Shown: piece by piece, positions 55,372 through 64,000 of the stretch
Layout: each line of letters begins with the position of its first letter
How positions within the stretch are numbered: the stretch's first letter is position 1
Assembly (NCBI GenBank): GCA_030324005.1
Contig: JARDVH010000132.1
Span: forward strand, 36,260,682 to 36,324,681
Direction: 5' to 3'
DNA from: Negaprion brevirostris
Taxonomy: Eukaryota
Length of the DNA: 64,000 nucleotides
Program-made: the position numbers and the translations under genes
Notes under the pieces: model-generated
The model's database searches: none
What the model was told of the DNA's origin: nothing
Seen by the model: only the letters and a program-made list of their open reading frames with translations

Positions 55372-58300
55372 CCATATGAACTTTGACTAACAAATCACTC
55401 TTGCTGTAGAATCTCGCAGACCTAAGAGATATTTTACTGAGGGAGAGTAACGGAAATTGTAAAATGTAGGTTCCCAATAAAATACAGCAAAATCAGGTGG
55501 AAATTTATACTTTTCAAGAACAAAGTTTCTTGTACCCCATGAGCGATGTCTACCGTGCCCAAGGAAAATAGCTACTGGAATCCCTACACAAGACAGTGTT
55601 TATTGATTCCAACATGGACCCCTGAGCCCTTCAATGCGGAGGGATTTGCCCAAATAAGTTAAGAATGGAAAATAAACCTTCACAAATATATAATCACTGA
55701 AACACGTCGATCTGTTCTAGAGGGGTCAGGATTTTTATTGTTTTATGAATTAGCAAACACTAAAATGTCCATGAAACGTTTCTTCATGTTTATGGCAGTA
55801 GAAGAAGATCATCAATAAGAAGCAACTCTATTAACAAAGTTGACGATCTAGTGAAAATGATATAACATTAGGGTAAGTAAAAATAAATGAGAAGATCTGT
55901 CAATTCAAGATTCATCGGTGTAACAGGAACGTGGTCACACTCAAGAACTTAAACATGATTTTTGAAATAAAGTTTCTTGAAGTATAGTTTCTCTGTCTAC
56001 CCAGCCTTTGGGGCTAGTTTATGTTGTTTGGCCTGAGAGCCCCTTTCAAAGGTTCCAAAGTTTGTGGCAAAACACCAACCAACTTTTAAGTTTTCCACGT
56101 TTAACTCTTTTTAACGACTGGAATTCGACAGTGATTTTACAGTCATTTACCACGTCGAGATTTGCCACACTGGCTCATCATTTGGCCTTCACTGACGATC
56201 AATGAAACATTGGAAATTCATCATTAACAATTTCATTCCGCATTTAAGTAGGGCGTGTCCTTTTAATTGATGTCTATCACTGACGAAAAGTGAAAACTTA
56301 AACGTGTTCAGTATACACTACCTTGCCATTTTACGGCACTTTTCAAATTTAAAGTAAATGGAAAGTGCTCTCCAGAAAAACGCAGAGAAATTCGAATGGC
56401 TGAGACTGATTGTATGCTCTGTTTAAACTGTGCTCTGATAAAGGGTCACACGCCAAACGTTAACCTGCATGTCCAATATTTCCTGTCCTTTTTAAGTGCG
56501 AAGCTTCCTCTTATCTCTGGTCTAAATCATTTCGTGTTTAGCTGTGATTAAGGATTACTAAGTTACTACATCGAAACTCTAGAAGAAATTGATCGTGGTT
56601 AAATTCAACATTTTCTGTGACAACTTTCAAACACGCGATGAGCAGAAGATTCTTGGGATAGGTGAACATTGTGAAAAAATTCAAGACATTACATGTGTGA
56701 AGTCGAGGCAGATTTTTGTTTACTCAATGGACGTGTGTCGTTTTTCAATTTAGTTACAGATAGGTGACAAATCATTGAATTTTCGCTCACAATCTAGTTT
56801 GTCTTCATTTTTTTCAATTAATTATCACGAATTATTGTCCCCATGTTGTTGTTGTTGTTTGCTGATTGAATAATATTTTGAACTCAATACAAACTTAGTA
56901 AAAAAAAAGTTAATTGAATGTTTAAAGAAGTTCAGGAACATTTAAAGGAATAAAAGAAATATATTCAAAAAGTTACCTTTTGAATTTTTCAGAATTTCAA
57001 GAGAATGACTTTTTGTTTAGGTTTTCTAAGTGTTTGGTTCATTTTTTTTTCCTTAATAAAGGTATCGTCCATATCACCCGTTTCCACCCCTTACCTGAAG
57101 TTTCATTTCAGACTGTTTTTATTCTGGATGACAACTCCGTCCAGGGAGCAACTACAAACNNNNNNNNNNNNNNNNNNNNNNNNNNNNNNNNNNNNNNNNN
57201 NNNNNNNCTTTATACATAGCAGTGAAAGTGTACGATTTATATATTGAAGAAAGCTGCTCTTTCGCTGAAAACAGCCATCCGGAAAAGTCAATTAATCTCA
57301 ATCCACATATAAATGCAACCAGTATGTGCGTGTATGTGATTGAGAGATAGAGGGAAAACACGCGTGCATGCACCATAAGTACATGAATCACCCCACCCTG
57401 TATCTGTCTATCCATTTATCATCAATTTAAAGTACTACAGTCTTCGCAGTGTACAAGAAGCTCGTTTTAACAGAGAGCTATAGTATAAGAAGTGTCTCAC
57501 GCTACGGACAGCAAACGGAATCAGTGAAATGTAACATGAAGAGTAGTTTTTTCACCTCCCAGACAGCATTTCCGGCAATTAACTCTCCTGCGACTTGGCA
57601 TTCCAGAATTTTAACATTCTGATAGGGGAGGACGTGATTTGCCGAACACCCCTATTCCGTATTGAAGGAGCCGTGGACTATTGATTGCAGAGCAGCAGCT
57701 ACATTGTTTCGTTACTATAACCGCGAAAACGAGAAACACTCTGGAACTAGTGGACAAACGGTACACACACACACACACAAAGACGTCTACAGCCTCGTTT
57801 GACTGTAACATTACATTCTACGTCCTCTCCTTTCCTTCTATATGTACTGTACGCTTTGACTATATAGCGCGCAAGAAACAATACTCTATACTAATACATG
57901 TGACATCAATTCAATTCATCACTTTTATTTCTTTAAAAAAATCATTATTTGCCAACAGCATACTCAAGTATATAAATCATTTAAAGCGCACAACCCGAGA
58001 AACTGAAGCAGGTATTCGCCAAATAAACTAGAAATAGCCAGCCTGATTCTTCAATTGCAATCATACCGCAAGGGATACTTCGACAGGTCAGACAATTCGC
58101 GAGACCCTATTTTACTGAGCATACAAAATCACTCGTCAGGAACAGTTCCGAGATTTATTGGCAACAACTGTTTGACATATTAGGTCACAGCATCACACAA
58201 ATTGTACCTCCAGCTACATTAGATCACGCTGAGAAATTCTACATTAAAAGCACACTTTATAGCACGAACGTTCCTATTTCAGGCGATAAAATTAGCAATG

Positions 58301-60949
58301 GGCGACGAACTGCCGCCTATATAGCGCCTCTAACGTCCTGGAGACCCCGACGTGCATCCTTGCCGGTGACTTTAACATTAGAAAGTAAACACCTATTTAT
58401 TGACGGTAAACAAATGATTCCGTTGTTATGAAATGTGATGGTCACCACCATTCTGGCCACTACCACCACCNNNNNNNNNNNNNNNNNNNNNNNNNNNNNN
58501 NNNNNNNNNNNNNNNNNNNNNNNNNNNNNNNNNNNNNNNNNNNNNNNNNNNNNNNNNNNNNNNNNNNNNNCTGCCCCCCCCCCCCCCCAACCCCCCCCCC
58601 CCCCCCCCCCCCGCGCCTTCCCCTCTGAAAAAAATAGTAACTTGAGCCTTTTGACCGTCTGGTTTAACATATCGTTGAATACAGATCCTGTATACGCAAC
58701 ATGCACAAATGTTGCACCAAGCAGACTATTTCACAGCTAAGGATATGCAAGATTCTATTAAAATTTATTTCCATTCCTCAAAACTGAAGGAATGACAATC
58801 TGGAGTAGAATAAGAAGCATTTCTCCCTCCCCCCATAACCCCAACTCTCCAGTTCACTGGTGTCAAGCTGCCTTTAAATGGTCCTACACATTTGTTATAT
58901 ATGCGAGCACGAACAGAAGATGCATTTTCTGATCACTGCAGTTTTCTCCCCTAAACAATTTCGAGTCGCCGATTTTCATTATATTCCGGCCTTTGTTATG
59001 TCCATTCTTTGAAGTGCCCATCTGAAAGAAGGGGAAAAAAAAGGAAATCAAAGGAGTTTCTTGGAATGTCAGATGAGGGAGTTCACAAGCCCGCTCTTTT
59101 CAATTCGCTGCATTTTTATTTACATTTCCGTATTTATATACATTTGATCATTATCAAAACTGGAATCTTCTGTGGTTTCCAAGTCTGATGTAATCTGATA
59201 TCAAAAATACACAAGATGCAACATCTTTACGCAGATGTTTTCTGTTCGCAAACATTGCCAATCAGACACGGTTGAAGTTCCACCATGCCAACTTTTACCG
59301 CTGTTATATAATTATAGCCAATCCTTCGCCACGTTCTTGTGTTTTATTGCAGTGAGCTCCCATTAATATAAATAACATTACACTTCGTCAATACTTATTC
59401 TTACCTGCTACTATAATGGCACAGGGAAAGCAGGCAGCATTCAGATGATCTTATGACAGTTTATGTAAATCCGAATTTCAATCCCTATGGTATCGGTTTC
59501 TGCATTTGATATAACATGTAGTGTTTTCATTGCATCTTGTATTTCAGCGACTGAATGTCTATTCCGTTAATTTCAGATCTCTTTTATATCCACCACCATT
59601 ACTGCAGCAGTGTCCTGCATCCATGTCATGCATGTCTAAACGACAATTTAATTCTGACCCATATGCTGCTTTGTAGATTAGTAGTTAGGATCAAGAAGGC
59701 ATTCATGTGATCTCACTGACAGTCAGTCTTATCTTTGATAAGTGACATATCTGAGAGTTGCTTAAACTGAGCAGCTACTACTATGTGTTTTCGGCTTATA
59801 TAGCTACAGTGATTTAGCTATTTGTTTTCACATTTTAACTCCTCTTACATTTGGAAAAAATACATGTGAATAGGCTAAGTATAAAACGTGCACCTCGTTG
59901 CTTATAACTATAACCTTTGATCAATTTCTCATGGGACTTGGACTAATGAATGTGAATGCAGTTTGATATATTTTAAAATCTCTACAGTACAATTACAGTA
60001 AATGGCATGTTACATTAGTGCTTTCTTTTATAACAAAGGGCATTTGAAACAGTCAACATGGAAAAAGTAAACTTGTTTTGTATAATTGAGTTTCACCATC
60101 AGTACTGATTTTAAAAATGGAAGTCATAAAGATTTACAATTAACTTAAACATGCTTTTTATAGTTTTCTGCTAAGGCCTTAGAGTATTTATGTTTAAACA
60201 GTGCTGATTACATCAGCAGAGGAAACTCTTGGAGGAATCTGATGAATGAAAGAACTGAATTAATCAGCAGCTGTTATTTTAACATTGTATGTTGATTCAC
60301 ATTAAGTCCTTCAAGCCAGTAGTCCATCATTGATCAGCACCCACAAACTAAACAAAAAAGTTGCTGTCATGCTCATGGTAAATCATGTCCATAGTAAATA
60401 TGACACCACACATACCTTAAAAAATACAAGCCACTGCTATCAAATTGAATTACACTGAATGTTTAATTGCATCCAACAGCTATCAAAGCATTCCAGATGT
60501 TGTCAAATCTGTGAAGTCTTCTTCAGTCATAAATCTCTCACAACAGAAAAAAGTATTTTACAAAGCTTCTATAGACTGAGGAATTACCTTTTTTTTGCTC
60601 CACCTGATGGCTGCAGCCAATATGTCTCATGCAGAAATCATACAAAGAAATCAGAAAATACTACTTGTCCCCAAAACTGAATACTGTGGACAGCAATGCA
60701 CAAACGAGTTTAATTAGCTCCCATGCCTGTTTATACAAAACTTGGATGGAGACCTCTACCCAAAGCATTATTTTCATTTTTGTCAGTAACCTGCAAGGTC
60801 TTGTGATGAAATGGATAGTGTCCGCGTCTCTGAGCAAGAAGTTTTGGGTTTGAGCCCCAATCCAGGACTTGATGGCCATAGAAGTTGTGTTCATGGTGTG
60901 GCATAACAGGTTGACTATCAACTTGTGAATCCTTCCAATATGCCTGATG

Positions 60950-61942
60950 GCAAGTGTTAAGAATGGAACAATCTCCTGGTTCATTAGAATCTGTAGATAA
61001 CAATGACAAGACACTGCAATACCTTGCCAAACATAATCATGGACCAATTCCATGATTGACAAGGCCCTCCTAGGGCACTGTATTTGAAGAGAAAGAGGGT
61101 TAGTAATGTCCAGTCCCCAAGAATTAACATAAAAATAATTGTCAGGTTTGTGTGAGGTACTGATCATTATTGACTTCAATTTTGCCAGATCTCCTTCATG
61201 TCACATGCAGTCAATTGCTACCTTGATGTCAAGGACAATGACTCCCCTGGAATTCCTATCTTTATGTTTGAACTATAGTTGGAGCTGAATGACCCCATTG
61301 AAACCTAAATTGAACATAATGGAGTCAGTTTTTGGTGAGCGAATGTTGACAGCAATGTTTATAATTCCTTCCATCACTCCGCTGATGATTGAAAGTGGAC
61401 TTATAGGGGAATAATTATTTGGGTTAAATTTGCTCTTTTCCTGGACAGGGCATATCTGGCCTATTTTTCATATTGTCAGTTAGATTCCAAGCCTTTTTAG
61501 CTGTATTGCATTCGCCTATCTGGAAGCGTAAGTAGTCCTGGAGCACTGGTTTTCATCTCTACAACCAACATATTGTCACAGACCAGAGCCCAAAGCCTTT
61601 GTTGTGTCCACCTCACTTAGCTATTTCTTGATATCATGTAGATTCAATCAAATCGACTAAAGACTGGCTTCTATATACTGGGGATTTCAGGAGGAGGCCA
61701 AGAAAAGTAATTTACACCAAACTTCAGGAAGTTCTTTTGCACTCCTATGCTGAGATCTGTGATTACTGCAAATGGGAATATTTTTGTAGCCTTCAGCACA
61801 CCCCATGATTTACTTCGTTATTTACCATCATCTGCAATTTAATATGGCAACACTGCAGAGCTTTCATCTAATATGTTGGTTTGAGATCACCTACTCTCTC
61901 ATTAGCATTCTGCTTCCATCGTTTAGCATACAGGAATCCTGC
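60950..61942 (-). mobile_element. Old degenerate LINE remnant
   Basis: LINE-like decayed sequence (e.g. ttccttccatcactccgctgatgattgaaagtggact) with no intact ORF. The family is uncertain. Confidence 0.4.
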
Positions 61943-63418
61943 ATTATAGGCCAGTTAGTCTTACTTCGGTGGTCAGTAAGTTAATGGAAAGGGTCCTGAG
62001 AGATAGGATTTATGACCACTTGGAAAGATGCACTCTAATCCGGGATAGTCAGCACGGTTTTGTGAGGGGTAAGTCCTGCCTCACAAATTTGGTTGATTTC
62101 TTTGAGGAGGTAACTAAGTGTGTGGATGAAGGTAGAGCAGTTAATGTCGTACACATGGATTTTAGTAAGACGTTTGATAAGGTTCCCCATGGTAGGCTCA
62201 TGAAGAAGATGAGGAGGTGTGGGTTAGGAGGAAATTTGGCCAATTGGATAAGTGACTGGCTGTATCATAGAAGACAGAGGGTGGTGGTGGAGGGAAAATT
62301 TTCAGACCGGACGCCAGTTACCAGCGGTGTACCACAGGGATCAGTGCTGGGATCTCTGCTTTTTGTGANNNNNNNNNNNNNNNNNNNNNNNNNNNNNNNN
62401 NNNNNNNNNNNNNNNNNNNNNNNNNNNNNNNNNNNNNNNNNNNNNNNNNNNNNNNNNNNNNNNNNNNNNNNNNNNNNNNNNNNNNNNNNNNNNNNNNNNN
62501 NNNNNNNNNNNNNNNNNNNNNNNNNNNNNNNNNNNNNNNNNNNNNNNNNNNNNNNNNNNNNNNNNNNNNNNNNNNNNNNNNNNNNNNNNNNNNNNNNNNN
62601 NNNNNNNNNNNNNNNNNNNNNNNNNNNNNNNNNNNNNNNNNNNNNNNNNNNNNNNNNNNNNNNNNNNNNNNNNNNNNNNNNNNNNNNNNNNNNNNNNNNN
62701 NNNNNNNNNNNNNNNNNNNNNNNNNNNNNNNNNNNNNNNNNNNNNNNNNNNNNNNNNNNNNNNNNNNNNNNNNNNNNNNNNNNNNNNNNNNNNNNNNNNN
62801 NNNNNNNNNNNNNNNNNNNNNNNNNNNNNNNNNNNNNNNNNNNNNNNNNNNNNNNNNNNNNNNNNNNNNNNNNNNNNNNNNNNNNNNNNNNNNNNNNNNN
62901 NNNNNNNNNNNNNNNNNNNNNNNNNNNNNNNNNNNNNNNNNNNNNNNNNNNNNNNNNNNNNNNNNNNNNNNNNNNNNNNNNNNNNNNNNNNNNNNNNNNN
63001 NNNNNNNNNNNNNNNNNNNNNNNNNNNNNNNNNNNNNNNNNNNNNNNNNNNNNNNNNNNNNNNNNNNNNNNNNNNNNNNNNNNNNNNNNNNNNNNNNNNN
63101 NNNNNNNNNNNNNNNNNNNNNNNNNNNNNNNNNNNNNNNNNNNNNNNNNNNNNNNNNNNNNNNNNNNNNNNNNNNNNNNNNNNNNNNNNNNNNNNNNNNN
63201 NNNNNNNNNNNNNNNNNNNNNNNNNNNNNNNNNNNNNNNNNNNNNNNNNNNNNNNNNNNNNNNNNNNNNNNNNNNNNNNNNNNNNNNNNNNNNNNNNNNN
63301 NNCATGGAGCACACTAGAATGATAGGGAGTGGGATAGCTTGATCTTGGGATTGGACATAGCTCGGCACAACATTGAGGACTGAAGGCCCTGTACTGTGCT
63401 GTAATGTTCTGTGTTCCA
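61943..63418 (+). mobile_element. 5'-truncated, relatively young CR1 LINE (reverse transcriptase ORF2), middle part in a gap
   Basis: YRPVSLTSVVSKLMERVLRDRI...SQHGFVRGKSCLTNLVDFFEEVT...MDFSKTFDKVPHGRL...VTSGVPQGSVLG is stop-free up to the gap. The CR1 tail gaaggccctgtactgtgctgtaatgttctgtgttc follows the gap. Confidence 0.93.
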
Positions 63419-63539
63419 TAGCATCATTAGGTTAGCATACTGTTCCTCACTTCTCATTGAAGCTGGCTTAGTTTTCTGGTTTGATGGTAATGGACAAGTG
63501 CCATAAGATTTATGCCACCAACAGCATGATGTCACAACC

Positions 63540-63845
63540 AGCACACCTTTCCTCCCAATTTCTTTCAACACTCTAAAGGGAGCATTCCCTCCCTAATATC
63601 CTAGTCCACTCCTCAATCACTTCCAACACCTACTCCCTTCCCAGGACACCTTTCCAGTCAAGCACATCTCTTTCCTCACTGTCCGCTGCTCTAAATACAC
63701 CTTCCAGGTGAAGGAATAATATATGTACACTTTACAATGATCCTGTGAAACTTAACGTAAGTTTGAGGAACAGCACCTCATCTTCCATTTAAGCATTTTA
63801 CACCCTTTTGGATTCCACATGGAATTCAACATTTTTCCAACCATA
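63540..63845 (+). mobile_element. Probable Penelope-like element remnant
   Basis: Decayed motifs such as cacctttcc...caccttccaggtga...gaggaacagcacctcatcttccattta resemble shark PLE 3' regions (recognised from memory). Confidence 0.4.
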
Positions 63846-64000
63846 AACTCTGTATGCCAACCCCTCAGCCTATTTTCTTTCTTTCTCTTTGCACATTTTG
63901 GTTTTTCCTCTTATTTTTATTTTCAGACAGCAGCACACCCACTTTTTTATTTCTTTTTTTTGCCCATCATCATTCCTTTTGGGACTATAAGACTAATTCT

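Overview
This is vertebrate nuclear DNA from a draft assembly with many N gaps. It is very probably an elasmobranch (shark), judging by HE1/V-SINE-like, DeuSINE-like, CR1 and Penelope-type repeats. It holds the conserved COMMD3-BMI1-SPAG6 cluster, all on the minus strand. COMMD3 is complete (8 coding exons, 195 aa, 34310-38151). BMI1/PCGF4 is complete (9 coding exons, 325 aa, 23351-27832, with a leader exon near 32231-32480). The first two coding exons of SPAG6 lie at 1704-1728 and 272-367, and that gene runs off the left edge. A single tRNA-Asn(GTT) lies on the plus strand at 52781-52854. Most ORFs in the supplied track are spurious. No new protein-coding system is evident. The most interesting signals are non-coding or translational: a short uORF in the BMI1 leader that appears peptide-conserved with human; two candidate in-frame upstream starts for BMI1; splice phases that permit a COMMD3-BMI1 fusion; a stacked miR-27/128/203 site in the BMI1 3'UTR; minimal hammerhead-ribozyme cores in Penelope-derived repeats; and a perfect 34-bp inverted repeat upstream of SPAG6. 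All comparisons with human sequence are from memory and need alignment to confirm.
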